Source: Octopus sinensis
Taxonomy: Eukaryota
Assembly (NCBI RefSeq): GCF_006345805.1
Contig: NC_043018.1
Coordinates: 8,184,001-8,248,000, forward strand
Direction of reading: 5' to 3'
Length of the DNA: 64,000 nt
Made by a program: the position numbers and the translations under genes. Positions 49,120 through 63,715 of this stretch are shown here, in pieces. Each line of letters opens with the position of its first letter. Position 1 is the stretch's first letter. Below the pieces are notes generated by a model. The model saw only the letters and a program-made list of their open reading frames with translations. It did no database searches and was not told the origin of the DNA.

Positions 49120-52100
49120 GTGAGTATCTCGTATGATTGGCTCTGGTGTGAGTCTCTCTCTAATGTGTAACTCAGGTCTGAGTACCAAACCAAAGAGTGT
49201 CTTGGTATCTCTCTAGCACTTTTACTTGTTTGATTCATTCAAGAAACAACCAAGTTTCTTTCTTTTACACAGTTCAGCCTATACAAGTTGATGTATGAAA
49301 GCGAAAATAGGAATTTTGGAAAGAAATATCTATAAATCATCATCATCATTGTTTAGCGTCCGCTTTCCATGCTAGCATGAGTTGGACGGTTCAACTGGGG
49401 TCTGGGAAGCCAGAAGGCTGCACCAGGCCCAGTCTGATCTGACAATGGCTGGATGCCCTTCCTAACGCCAACCACTCCGTGAGTGTAGTGGGTGCTTTTA
49501 CGTGCCAGACAAGGCTGGCAAACGACCACGATCGGATGGTGCTTTTCACATGCCACCGGCACAGGGACCAGGCGAGGCTGGCAACAGCCACGATCGGATG
49601 GTGCTTTTTATGTGCCACCGGCATGAGGCTAGTCAGGGCGGCGTTGGCAACGGCCATGTTCGGATGGTTCTCTTACGTACCACCGGCACTGGTATCACAG
49701 CTGCAATTTCCATGTGGTTTTTAAACATCAAGAAGCTATGGAAGTCTATCAGGTAAAAAAAGAAAATGGTTGAGGACCACTGCTTTAAATACTGAATCCA
49801 AATCTTGCCAAGGCCAGCTGTGTCTTTCATCCTTTCCCCACTCCACAATAAATAAAAGAAAAAGATTCAAGCCTTGTGCAGATGGTAGGAAATTATTCTT
49901 GTGTATATTCTCCAGTGGGTTGCTAGAACTGTCAGAACAAGGAATAAAATACTTTGCAGTTTTCAGCTGGGTCTCTCTCTGTACTCAGAGCCAAAATCCA
50001 ACTGTGGCCACCACCTTAAAGTATTCCGTCAATTGAATCCATCCCAGTACTTACTTTTAAAGTCCAGTTCGTATTCTGTCGGTCATTTCAGCCAAACCAC
50101 CCAAGTTGCAAGGCTGTAAACAAACTACTACTAGTTATCAAGCAGTGCAGGAGGACAAACACACACACAAACATATGTTAGGTTGCCATACATTTTCTGT
50201 CTATCAAATTCACTCACAAGGCTTTGGTTGGTCTGTGGCTTTAGTAATGACACTTGCCCAAGGTGCCGTACAGTGGGACTGAACCCAAAATCAAATGTTT
50301 GCAAAGTAAGCTTCTTTACTACTCATTTTTCTTTTTATGTTTGTGTAAGATTCTTTCTAATTCATTAACCCTTTCGTTACCAACCCGGCTGAAACCGGCT
50401 CTAGCTCGAGTACAAATGTCTTGTTTTCATAAATGTTGAATTAAAATCTTCCACCAAACCTTAGTCACACTTTATGTTCCTAACACTAGCTTAATGATAA
50501 CTAAGTTATTTTACTAAATTCTTTGTTATATTTAAAGTAACTGAAAGAAACGCAGAGCATCTCAAAATAAATACAGCAACAAAAGGGTTAAGGGCCACGT
50601 GAACTGCATTGTTGGGTCAGAGTGAAACTTATTTTATTGTCAGACAAGAGTTATGTACCTTCCTCTGCAACGCACACCACAAACTTCTGGCTGTGGTAAG
50701 AGTTGATCTTGTAACCATGTAGTTAGTATAGAGGGACCCCTTAATCTTAAGCCATGATGCCAGCCTCATTTATTTTTTGTCTACTAGTAAAACGGCAGCG
50801 AAACAATACTACCATCGTGGTTGCCCTCATTGTAGCCTCACAGAAAATAGAACAAATTATGCTCAGCATCACATTGCAGGATAAGAAAAACCAAAGCCTG
50901 ACTACGACAGCATGTGAGGGTCAATGACATCATAAGACCCATCAAGGAGATCGAATACAGGTGGGCTAAGCACATCGGGCGACCGAAGGACAAGAGATGG
51001 ACAATCAGGGCGATGGAATGGGATACCAAGATTGTTCTATTATAGCTTAAATATAGCCATTTTCCATTGATATTTTGTATTAGTATTTTTCATTGATAAA
51101 ATATATTCGTAGTTTTCATTGTTAAAAGAATTTTCCATTTGTTTATTATTAGTTTAGTCAATGACACGATTTTTGAAAGCTAAGTAAACCTTTTTATTAA
51201 AGTTATTTTAATAATTTATGTTATTTTGTATTATATTGGATACTATATTACTAAAAGGGTTAATAATTTGATTGTATAAGTATTTAGTTGTTGAAGATAT
51301 GTATTTCATTATTAGATTATAACTATACGGTTTTTGTAAGTTACTAATTGGCCAACGAGATATATTGATCGTTAAATAGTTATACGGTTTTTTTAAAGAT
51401 AGGTTATACGTTTATAATTTGCTTTTTCATCTTTAATTTTTTAATATATTTCATAAATAATAATGGAATAATTAATTTATTTAGTTTTCATTATACGTAT
51501 ATATATTTATTGATAGAGAAAATTTTAGATCTTAATTATTATATTTATTGATAATAATTTAGTTATTATTCTGAAATATTTTATAATTATTAGATTTGAA
51601 CTTAAATTTAAAAATATGAATAGTGATTATTTTTTTTGTTAAATAATTTGGTAATTAGATATTGACTATAACTTAGATTAGGTTATTCGTGAGTTTATTA
51701 GGTTTTTATAGCCATTTTATATCTTGATAGATAAATACATTTTCTATCTATTCTTACCTTAAAAATTAATATTTAACATTATAATTGGATTGTATGACAT
51801 AATCCTAATCGTTAAAGTTTCTAATTTGATAGTTTTTTATAAGAAAAATTATTTTATTTATTTCTTAAAAAATATTGTTTAAATATATTTGCTTATTTAT
51901 TTAACTATTATCTTTAACCTGAAGATTGACTATGATTATAATTTGAATTTTTAATTGAATTTAAATTATTGTAATTCGAATTGGGTTATGGCCATGAAAC
52001 ATATGTAGTGGTTTTACTTATATTAAACTTTTTAATACCTTTTTGATAGTTATATATAAAAAAAGGGGGAAAAAATATATAAATATTAAAAAATTAAAAG

Positions 52101-52713
52101 TTTAAAAATTTATAAATTCAAAATTTTAAAAATATAAAAAAATATAAGTATTTATAAATAAAATAAAAATTTTAGATTAAAATAATTTAATTTTAAATTT
52201 TATATATTTTGTATATTATATTAATTATATTTATTTTTATGTTTTGGTTTATGTTTTTCACTGTTTGATTTGCCTAATAGTAGTTTTATCTCTAATTTAA
52301 TTTTATATATATATATATATATATTTATTTGTGTGTGTGTGTGTGTGTTTGTCCTCCACCACTGCTTGACAGGTTTGTTTATGTACCTGTAACTTAGCAG
52401 TTCAGCAAAAGAGACTGGTAGAATAAGTAGTAGGCTTTAAAAGGATTAGTACTGGCATTGATTCATTGGACTAAAATTCTTCAAAGCAGTGCCCCAGCAT
52501 GGCCACAGTCTACTGGCTGAAATAGATACAAGATGAAAGATAAATTTCTGCCTCCTGGTTTGTCATGAATTAACCCTTTAGCATTTAAACCTACCATATC
52601 TGGCCACAATATTCTACCTACTGGCCATATCTGGACTCTCATAGCAACCTTACAGTATCATTCTAAAATCAGCAGTAATTCTTCAAAATCTCAAAGCTAC
52701 TACATAATGCATA

Positions 52714-53255
52714 ATCATCATCGGTTAGCGTCCGCTTTCCATGCTAGCATGGGTTGTACGGTTCAACTGGGGTCTGGGAAGCCAGAAGGCTGCACCAGGC
52801 CCAGTCTGATCTGGCAGTGTTTCTACAGCTAGATGCCCTTCCTAATGCCAACCACTCCGTGAGTGTAGTGGGTGCTTTTTATGTGCCACTGAAACAGGTG
52901 CCAGACGAGGCTGGCAAACGGCCACGTTCGGATGGTTCTCTTACGTGCCCCCGGCACTGGTATCACAGCTACAATTTCCATTGATGTTGATCGCTTTCGA
53001 TTTTGATTCTGATTTCTGATTTCTCACTTGCCTCAACAGATCTTCACAAGTAGAGTTTTGTGTCCCAAGAAGGGAAGGTATGCATAAATGGACCGGCTAC
53101 ATCCCAGGCAGGGGCCACGGGTTTTGGTCTCACTAGTCCTGCCGGGTCTTCTCACGCACAGCATACTTCCATAGGTCTCGGTCTCTAGTCATTTCCTCGG
53201 TGAGACCTAAAGTTCGAAGGTCGTGCTTCACCACCTCGTCCCAGGTTTTCCTGAC
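52714..53255 (-). mobile_element. 5'-truncated RTE LINE (C-terminal coding end plus family C 3' UTR)
   Basis: The minus strand reads RKTWDEVVKHDLRTLGLTEEMTRDRDLWKYAVREKTRQD* and runs into family C sequence and a (GAT)n tail. It is inserted in a piggyBac MITE. Confidence 0.8.
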
Positions 53256-53352
53256 TAATACAAAACATGTGAATAAATAAGCATTACTTTTGACAGAGAT
53301 TACTTTGAATGCTTAAAGAATTAAATTTCTTTTTTGCTCCTTCTAATTGCAG

Positions 53353-53502
53353 TTTCGTGAAGAAAGGTTCCGAATGACCAGTGAAAGCACCAATCAGAGA
53401 GTTTTATGGTGGTCTATTGCTCAAACCATTATCCTTATAATAACAGGGTTCTGGCAGATGAGACACTTAAAGAGTTTCTTTGAGGCTAAGAAACTTGTTT
53501 AA
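53353..53502 (+). CDS. TMED9: p24-alpha exon 5 (TM helix and FFxxKKxx tail)
   Basis: aattgcAG acceptor. Encodes [49 protein letters not shown]. The full protein is 231 aa from ATG 19619 (219 aa from 19655) with one exon 2. Confidence 0.98.
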   Translation, partial: FREERFRMTSESTNQRVLWWSIAQTIILIITGFWQMRHLKSFFEAKKLV

Positions 53503-54319
53503 TTCTGTTTTCATCATGGAAAAAAAAAAACCTTTATGAACATTTTTTTAAAATTTTTTTTTTAATTATTTTTTAATGAACTTAATTTTACTAAATTATT
53601 TAAATATTTTAACCCTTAGTATTGGAAGAGTTAATTTGTTTTTTGTTTGTTTATTTATATATTTTTGTTTTTGTTTCCTGATCTGATCCTCTTCCTCCTC
53701 CTCCTCCTCATACCATCATTGTACATTTTCTCAAACATCTCTGTTGTAACACACGATGCCAACAAGGAGTCAAAAAAAAAAAGTTTCCCCCATTTTTTCA
53801 TAGTTGGTCTGAGAAAAGAAAAAAAAATGAATTTCAAAAATAAAAATAAAAATGTTTTTCAGGGTTTTTCTTTTCCTTTCTTTTCTTTTGGAATTATCTC
53901 AACAGACAACAAAAGGTTTCACATTTATTGTTTAGCCCCAGGCCAACCTGTTCCAGCTGATCAGTGATCAAAAGTGCTCCAGCTATGACCATCCTGAGTT
54001 TTTATTTTCTGGCAGAGTGTATCTTGGACTATTTTACACCAGAGGTACCAATGTGAGTGTGATTTGACTGCAGTCATTAAAAAAAAGAGGATGGACACGG
54101 ATTGTATAGACAATAAAAAGACAGGATGGTCATAGTTGGAACATCTTTGATTAGTCGACCTTCAACTAAACTACTAACAAAGTTTCTTGATGGTTCATAC
54201 ATTATTTTATGGTTTACGCAATTGTTCATTTTTAGACACAGCTTGGTTGGTCCAAAATGGAGTGGCTCTCCTTTTTTCTTTAACTGTAATCTGTCCAGTA
54301 GTTTTTTTGATAAAGAATG

Positions 54320-55200
54320 TACCATAAAGGCTGGATTTAAATTTGGCATGTTTGGTGTCACATGATAGTGAAAATTGACCTTAATTCTTGGATTCTGTAG
54401 GCATTGCTGGAAGGTGCTGAGTCTTTTTAAAAACATATATGGCCCCTGCCATTGCATACTTCATCCAGCCAGGCTCATCAACCGTCTTCAGCATCTCAAC
54501 ACAACCAGCAGCATTAATTCTAAGACCCTGTGAAAAGATGCGAGATGACATGGCAGTCCTTTGTTACTCATCACTCATAAAAACCATCATTTGTTGGAAA
54601 CTTGGTGAGCATCACTCAGGGGATGTCAGACTAATCTGCACAGAAGAATCTGTCATTTCTCCTGGTAGACTTTAAGTCTTAGTTAAAATTTTTCCCATGA
54701 GAGAAGAAGCAAAGCTTGCCATGTTTGTGAGGATATTTTAACCTTGTTAAGTAACCACTCGGCACAGAACAAACAATCTCCTACGTCTCTGCAGACACAA
54801 ATTGACCTCTCTTCAGTACATAGACTTTATCAAATATCCTTGTATGCCACAGTTCTAATAGTCCACTCCAACATCTGAAGTTCTTTTGGCAATGGTCCTC
54901 TTCGACTTTCCAGCATCATCACTGATAATATTTGGAACCTGTCAGATGAGTTACTGTGTCCTTATAGCGTTTGAAAGTTTAGAATGTTTTGTATTTCTTT
55001 GAATGTTTAGATTGTTTTTTTTTTTCCTATTTCTTTGATACAGTTGAAATGTTCATGTAATAAGCTTCTGATTCCATCTGCACTTTCCATTCAAAAGTTC
55101 CTGCAACATGGAGAAAGTTGCCAATGTCTGAATCAGTGTTCTACAAACATGGCAACAATGACTGCCTGTCTTCTTCATTTCTTGTATCAGTATTTTATTT
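54320..55200 (-). pseudogene. Heavily decayed Tc1/mariner-superfamily transposase
   Basis: Frameshifted pieces resembling FFSDEKNF..D..NRRNDR, TKFP, GLRINAAG.VEMLKTV, PY.F..DSAP and NFHYHVTPNM. No clear TIRs found. Boundaries approximate. Confidence 0.65.
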
Positions 55201-55312
55201 GCCGTGGGAGATCTAAAAGAAAGAAAAAGAAACTTTTAATTGGTTTGAAGAGAGGAATGTACCTCTTGCACCCTATATCTATCTATATATATATATGTGT
55301 GTGTGTGTGTGT

Positions 55313-55563
55313 GGAGGCGCAATGGCCCAGTGGTTAGGGCAGCAGACTCGTAGGATCGCGGTTTTGATTCCCAGACCGGGTGTTAGTGTTTATTGAGTGA
55401 AAACACGTAAAGCTCCACGAAGATCTGGCAGGAAGTGTTGGCGATCCCTGCTGTACTCTTTCGCTTAGCCAGCGGGGTGGCGTCATTTAAAGGCTAAAAC
55501 AATGCGAAGTGCATTGTGACCAGCGATGTATAGCAACATCTGATAACCTGGTCGATCACGGTG
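55313..55563 (+). mobile_element. tRNA-derived SINE (distinct family)
   Basis: GGAGGCGCAATGGCCCAGTGGTTAGG (A-box-like) ... GGTTTTGATTCCC (B-box-like), bounded by TG and TA microsatellites. Confidence 0.6.
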
Positions 55564-55564
55564 A

Positions 55565-55610
<46 letters not shown>

Positions 55611-55820
55611 TTTAACGCCAGTTTTCCAAGTTGGCATCATACACACACAGACATAAACACAATAACTTTCCTTCAGCTTCTGTTCAGAAAATTCCTTAAC
55701 AAGGTTCCCATGGCCCAGGGCTATAGTACAAGACACTCAAGGTGCCACACCAATGGACCAATCCAATACCATGTGGTTATGAAGTGAACTTCTCAATTAC
55801 ACAGCCTTGCCTGCATCTAA

Positions 55821-55851
<31 letters not shown>

Positions 55852-57023
55852 TATTTTAGTATTTAAATGTTTGAATATAGATTTTTTAATGCATAACAAA
55901 AGAGATATGGCAAACTAGAAGTGTTGTCCAGTCAATTCTATTTTCCGTCACAGTTCCAAGAGAGATCCATCCCAATCTTGACCGCTTTCTCTCACAGATC
56001 TACATGATCAAGGTTTAACGCAAATAACAACACTCAAAAGAGCTATACTTAGTAGAGTGTGAGTGGAGTTTGGAAAAATGGTACCACTTTGTGTCAACAT
56101 AATTGAAAATAAGTCCCTTATTCCTATGGTTCAACTGAAGTATGAGGAAATAGAAAAATGTAAAGTAATTGTTTGGGCCGAGTTCAGCCCTGATCGAAGG
56201 TTACCATCCCATCTTTTTCTAAGCATTATGTACATTAAATTACAATATTTAATGTAGGATATGGTCTGAAGGAGATCTGGCTATTACTTACAGCGTGTCA
56301 AACATGAGTGGGTAACTTTTTAATGACCAAAAGCAAATTGATTAAAACAAGTTTACAAATCCCAAGACATCAGAGATACCACAGAGTAGAAGGGTTCAAA
56401 TGGAGCTTCTTACCTTGAATCCTGATAATGTTGACCGTTTTACTTCACAAAACTGAGATATATTAGATGGGACTATCAATTCAATTCTTTGTCAGTTTGC
56501 AAGATTGACATTGTTATCTACAAGTCTTGCATGCAAATGGTTCTTGAGCAAATTCCATGTCAATAAAAATGTCCGTTAGTATCAGTCAGCAAGAGAAATT
56601 TTCAATGTAGAATTCCTCCAGAAGTGGAAAATATTTTAATATCAGCAGAAGAATTTATAAAATTTCAAATTTGGATACCAAAATTTTATTTATACTAATA
56701 ATATTTTATTAATACTCCGGTTGCAAAGAACCTGGAACTAAATCTAATGTCGCATCAAAAGGAATTTTAATGGTGTTTGAAAATGAACTGAAAAGATTAA
56801 AATACTCTGCAGCAGACTCCACCATTGGTTCTATCTTTCAGTGTTGGTAAACTGTGCCAGATATTCTAAGGCTTGATGCTTTCCCTGTCATCAAACCATA
56901 CCTATTGCCAAGCAAGGTATTATTTTCCTCTGGTCAACCATATTTTTCACAGAAGACTGGAAAAGTACTCTGCTGTATGTATTCCAACCAAGGATGCCTC
57001 TGTCGGTATCACTGCCACCAACA

Positions 57024-57316
57024 AATGCAAATATATGGGAAATTACCACCTGTGTCATCTCTTGTGAAAGGTAGGAGAGTCCAGTTTGCTGGACATTGTT
57101 GTAGAGCTGAAAAAGAAGTAATTTCTACTCTTCTCCTCTGGAAGCCATCTACTCGCAATACCAGAGGGCGCACACTCTCCTACCCTGATGTAATCTCCAG
57201 GGTTACAGGCATCCAGCAACAGGACCTCCGTAATGCTATGATGGACCGTGAAGTCTGGCGTAACATAGTAAATTCCATTGTCTCAACCACGGTTGAACAA
57301 TGATGAATGATGATGA
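57024..57316 (+). mobile_element. 5'-truncated RTE-clade LINE with (TGA)n tail and 11-bp TSD
   Basis: YGKLPPVSSLVKGRRVQFAGHCCRA...MMDREVWRNIV. TGCCACCAACA is repeated at 57013-57023 and 57317-57327. Confidence 0.8.
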
Positions 57317-57769
57317 TGCCACCAACAGTGACTAAATGAACGACCTGTTGCAAAGGAAAACCTTCAAACAACCACAACTATTATACACAAAAACAAAAAC
57401 CAACAAAAACAGTACTATTTAAAAAAAAACAAAAAACAATAAATTTAAAGACAAAATTCCAAAAATAAACAAACACACGAAAGTTGTAAAAATTTGATAT
57501 TTTATAATCCAGAAATACAATTAATTAATGAATTAATTAATAAATTAATTAACCCTTCAGATATGAGGAAGTGTATAAGGCAACATCTATGATAAAGGAT
57601 AGGAAAATATAGCTGCATAAATAATAGAAATAAAACTAAGGAGAGAAGAATAAAGGGCAACGAAACGGAAGGAAAACTGTTGAATAAATAAAGGAAGTCA
57701 GAAGATGTGAAGAGTTGAGGAGCTTATTGAGTATTATAACAGATGCATCTTGACTATAGAGAATAAATT

Positions 57770-58029
57770 TGTATGTGTGTGTGTGTATACATACATAGAT
57801 AGATACATATATATGTATATATACATATACACATATATATACATACATATATATATAAATATACACATATATATACATATACACATATATATATACATAT
57901 ACACATATATATATACATATACACATATATATACATATACACATATATATATACATATATATAACATATACATATGTAATACATATACATATATATACAT
58001 ATACATGTGTATATATATATATGTGTATG

Positions 58030-58075
<46 letters not shown>

Positions 58076-58283
58076 GGTCTAAGAATCCACAAGACTGGGA
58101 TATAATAATAAATGCAGTCATCAAAGTTATATGGCAGGGAGTAGTTGCCGTTATTGTTCTTCTTTTTCCAGACCAACTCTGATGAGTGCAGTTATTAGAT
58201 AATTATCTAATATCCTATGTGAAATCCAGTCAGTAAGATTGGCTGTAATGGATCTATAATACTGTGTACTTTGATTAATATTT

Positions 58284-58332
<49 letters not shown>

Positions 58333-58449
58333 CACTAAAAGAAAAAAATTCACATATTGTTCTATGTGAACATATAAATACAAATGCCAAATATATATAT
58401 ATATATGTATATATTTATATATGTATATATATATATATGTATATGTATG

Positions 58450-58494
<45 letters not shown>

Positions 58495-58607
58495 ATATAT
58501 GTATATATATATGTATGTATGTATATATATGTATATATATATGTATGTATGTATATATATGTATATGTATGTATATATGTACATGTATATATATATATAT
58601 GTATGTA

Positions 58608-58642
<35 letters not shown>

Positions 58643-58710
58643 GAAAATCACAAACAAATTGTGATGTTTCACTGTTTTCATTGATAAGAGAATAAGAATC
58701 AAAATGAACC

Positions 58711-58778
<68 letters not shown>

Positions 58779-59041
58779 TATACGCACACACATTCTCTGC
58801 TGATTCTTTATTTTGGCACATCTCATGACAAATTACTTTTCTTTTCCATACAAATAAATCTACCTTTTCCAGAACAGAGGTGAAAAGTCAAAACATTCTA
58901 CAAATTGCACAGATAGACAGAAAAGAGGTTCAATGAATATGTGTGTGTGTGTGCATGCATGTGTATAGTATATGTGTCTGTGTGTATGTATATGTGTATA
59001 TACATATATTTGTAAAAAGTAATCCTTATTATTAACAGTTA

Positions 59042-59076
<35 letters not shown>

Positions 59077-59782
59077 TATATACACATTTACACAAAAAGA
59101 GATAGATAGAGATCAGAGACCAAGTAGTTAAATTCATTCCAGAATCACGGGGTTGTAGGTTCAATCTCACTGCATCTAGGTGAAATATTGTTTTCTAGAC
59201 CCTCAAGTTGACCCATGGTTTCTAAGTAAAATCTGGAAGATGAAAGCTGAAATTCTAAAGACACAGCCTTGCCTCATATTGCACGACAAAGCTGATTCAG
59301 TTTGATAATTTCAATAAGGATATAATGGTGTCTGTCTAATGTTCAGGCACTTAATATGTTAATTCAGGGGTAGGTGTACATATATATGCGTGTGTGAAAA
59401 TATGTGTATATATACATGCACATGTACGTATATAGGCATTATACTTGAGTGCCTGTACATATATGTATATATATATATATATATATAAAAATATGAGTGA
59501 GCGTGCATATGTACATTACATATATATATATATAGACATATATGCATACGTGTGTCTGTACAGGTATATATATACACGTGTGAATGTGCATATGGACATT
59601 ATAAATATATATATAGACATATATGTGCATATACATACTCACACAGGCATACATACATATGTATATGTCCACCTACACAAACACACTCATGTAATGTAAA
59701 TAGGGATAAATGTAACAGGATGAGGTTATTAATTGTTGCTATTGATAATTCTGTTATGTATTAATTGCTCTTCAATTACATT

Positions 59783-59828
<46 letters not shown>

Positions 59829-59830
59829 GA
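57770..59830. repeat. Cluster of (TA)n/(TATG)n/(CA)n microsatellites; similar blocks at 19840-20300 and 60880-62100
   Basis: Directly visible. Source of many YI/CV-repeat ORFs. Confidence 0.9.
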
Positions 59831-60411
59831 TGCATACATGTGCATATGTGTATGTGAAAGGCTTTCCTACTGATACTGTCCGTTTCACAAGTTTCACTAA
59901 TAATGGAAGACACTTGCCTTGCAGTGGGATTGAACCGAAAAGCAAGTGGTGAAATGAACTTCTGAACCACTGGACCATGAATATATATATATACTCTTTT
60001 ACTTGTTTCAGTCATTTGACTGCAGCCATGCTGGAGCACCGCCTTTAGTCGAGCAAATCGACCCCAGGACTTATTCTTTGTAAGCCCAGTACTTATTCTA
60101 TCGGTCTCTTTTGCCGAACCGCTAAGTTACAGGGAAGTAAACTCACCAGCATCGGTTGTCAAGCAATGCTAGGGGGACAAACACAGACACACAAACATAT
60201 ACACATACACACATATATATATATATACATATATACGACAGGCTTCTTTCAGTTTCCGTCTACCAAATCCATTCACAAGGCATTGGTCGGCCCGGGGCTA
60301 TAGCAGAAGACAGTTGCCCAAGATGCCACGCAGTGGGACTGAACCCGGAACCATGTTGTTGGTAAGCAAGCTACTTACCACACAGCCACTCCTGCGCCTA
60401 TACATATATAT

Positions 60412-60446
<35 letters not shown>

Positions 60447-61995
60447 GGAGAGAGAGAGAGTTATGTACAGTGTTATTCAACACCTTAGAATTCTGATCAC
60501 TCTATCAAGTGTAATGTTTATCCACTTTGTTTAAAATGAATTATATGTTATCATGAAGCTGTGAGATTGCAATGAAGTAATTACATATTTTTTAGACTAA
60601 AGGTATGGATCTGGTCAGTTCCACTGTAAAACAGGTAGAATATTTTAGAATATTTGGACCACATATGGCTGTTTTAGATGCTAAAGGGTTAACATGTTGG
60701 TGTACATTCAGAGGTTGGAAGATGATATGCTGCATATAGATGCGCTGTCTGTAAGGAGAATTTGTTCTCGAGACAACTTGACCGGCATATTGTCTTTCTA
60801 TGTTCAAATGCACATGGACATGTTGAATAAGACTGTACATTGCTATAATTCATTCAAAGGTGGTTAGTGCATATTTGATTAATATATATATATATATGTA
60901 TGTATATATATAGTATATATATATAAATTTATATATATTTATATATATATATATATAAATTTATATTTATATATATATATTTATAAATTTTATATATATA
61001 TATATTTATAAATTTATATTTATATATATATTTATAAATTTATATATATATATATACCATAAATTTATATTATATATATACACATAAATTTATACATTAT
61101 ATAAAAATTAATCTATATATAAATTTATATAAAATTATAATTAAGGGTATCTAAGAGATACCACTATGCTAGATATAGCAGCCAAAACATGACTCTAAAA
61201 CCATATTAAAATGTTCATACAGCACCAGGAGAGAAGACAAAGACATAAAATAAACTAGTAAAAAAAAAAAAAAACACTGGATAATACCAGATCCCGGTTT
61301 TCTGGCTCTGCATCAGAAATGCTTTGCCTTCATGTTGGCAACCTGATGGGATCGATATTTTAAATAATGAGCTTATCCTTATTTATATAAATATATAAAT
61401 TAATATATTCATAAATATATATAGATATACATTTATATATATATATGAATTGATATATATATATATACATAAATTTATACATATATAAATTAATATATTC
61501 ATAAATTTATATATATATATGTAAATTTATATATATATATATATATATATCAATATAAATTTATATATATATTAAAAATGGGGAAGGCCGATTAATGGGA
61601 TTACTTTAGGTCTCCCGTCCATAAAGGGTTTACCTTTATGGTGTGGGTAATCCCATAAACTGGGTCTTCCCCATTTTTAATATTTACTGATCTACATTTT
61701 AGAGGGTGCGTCTTCTTTCCGATTTAAGTCTTTATATATATATGTAATAGATTTATTATATAATTTATACATATATATATAAAATATACATATATATACC
61801 TATTCATATATTCTATATATATATTTATATCTATGCATATATAAATTTATACATATATATATCTATACATATATATATATATATTCATATATATTTATGC
61901 ATATATATATATATATATTTATATAATATTATGCATATATATATATATATATTTATGCATATATATATATATATTTATGCATATATATATATATA

Positions 61996-62032
<37 letters not shown>

Positions 62033-63058
62033 CATACATACATATATATATATTTATACATTTATATATAAATTTATACACATATAAATACACACACACA
62101 CAGCGTATAAAGAGAGATAGAAGAAAATGTGTGCAAATTGTGACAATGTTGAACAATTCCAAAATACAAGAGAAAAATGGTTAACTTTAGAAATTATTTC
62201 ATTACTTGAGTTGAAATAATTTTTCAAATGATTTTTATTAATATCATTTTTAATTAAACCCATCGTTAAATCAAAATCACTTAATTCAAAATCATTTCAC
62301 CATTTATAATATATTGACAAGATATACTCAGACACACAAGAAAATATCTTCTGTTTTTTGTTTTTTTGTTTTTTGTTTACAAATTTACAAGACATTGATA
62401 AAACAAATACTTAATAAATACAAAAAAAAAAAAGAAAACATAGCCAAGAACAACAAAAAAATTGATACACAACTAACTATTTCATATGAAGCTAATCAAA
62501 GCAATTAAAAAAAAAAAACAACAAAACTTCATGGAACAAAATTTAACTATAATAGATAAAACTATTAACAACAACATTTCAAAAATTCTCAATTACATTT
62601 TTGTTATATTAAAATATATATATATGTGTGTGTGTGTACATACAAATATTTTTTTGTTACAAAAATATTACCAATGTACATAATTTTGATAATTTTCTTG
62701 TTTTTCATTGTATACAAATATCATTATTATTATTACCATTAATAATATTATTAATTCTTTCTTTTTCATGAACTGTCAATCAATGCCACAGCATTATTTA
62801 AGAAAGATTCAATTTCTTTATTTATAAATTTTGAATTCTTAACCATTTGCCTGACCAAAGCATTTTCATATGTTCGTCCTAACCTCATGGTCGAAAAAAA
62901 AAAAATCAAGAACATGTATCATATATATAATACATGAACGCCAAAGAAATACATCATGTGTGTCACATGGAATACACAGCGGGACAGGCAAACGGCCAAG
63001 ACAGTTGTGTGAATAGTTTTGCAAAGATCATTGAAAACAGGTTCTGGAACTCTAAACA

Positions 63059-63099
<41 letters not shown>

Positions 63100-63634
63100 T
63101 AATAATAATGTCAGTTAAATTACATGATATTGTAGGCAACCATTTAAAACAATTACAGGGGCACAAGAATAGTTTATCAGCGTTTAGCTGATAAGTAATG
63201 TCTGTGTTTATAGGAATAGGTTTGGTTTTATTAAGAAAGAAATTACTATTAGTATTATCATCATTATTTTTATTGTTATTATTATTATTATGCTTAATTG
63301 ATCTCAATAGGTTGTTGTTTTTTTTTTGTTTTTTCTTTGGTGTCTTTTAGGCTTCAACAATTCTTTCAGATACCTCATGAGATTCATTAAAATACATCTT
63401 TTGAGTATATTAATGTTTGATAAAAAATATATTTATATATAAATGGAAACAGTGTGTACACGGTTATCCCATAATGTTTATTTTTGTAGGGGGGATAGAT
63501 AGATAGACAAATAGATAGATAAACAGATGGATAGATAGACAGACAGATAGTAGGGGAGAGGAAGAGAGATGCTTTGAAATAAATGCACATGGATACTTCA
63601 AAATGTATAATTTTATAGTGTGTTTGTGTGTATA

Positions 63635-63715
<81 letters not shown>

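Noticed and set aside
51035-52305. Nuclear mitochondrial insertion
   Set aside because: AT-rich and skewed, but I recognised no mitochondrial protein, rRNA or tRNA sequence.
57636-60039. Numerous YI/CV/HT-repeat ORFs (also 3809-4096, 10546-10881, 19724-21099)
   Set aside because: Translations of (TA)n, (CA)n and (TATG)n microsatellites.
60710-60860. Possible plus-strand exon RLEDDMLHIDALSVRR...
   Set aside because: Weak splice sites, no recognisable homology and no partner exons.
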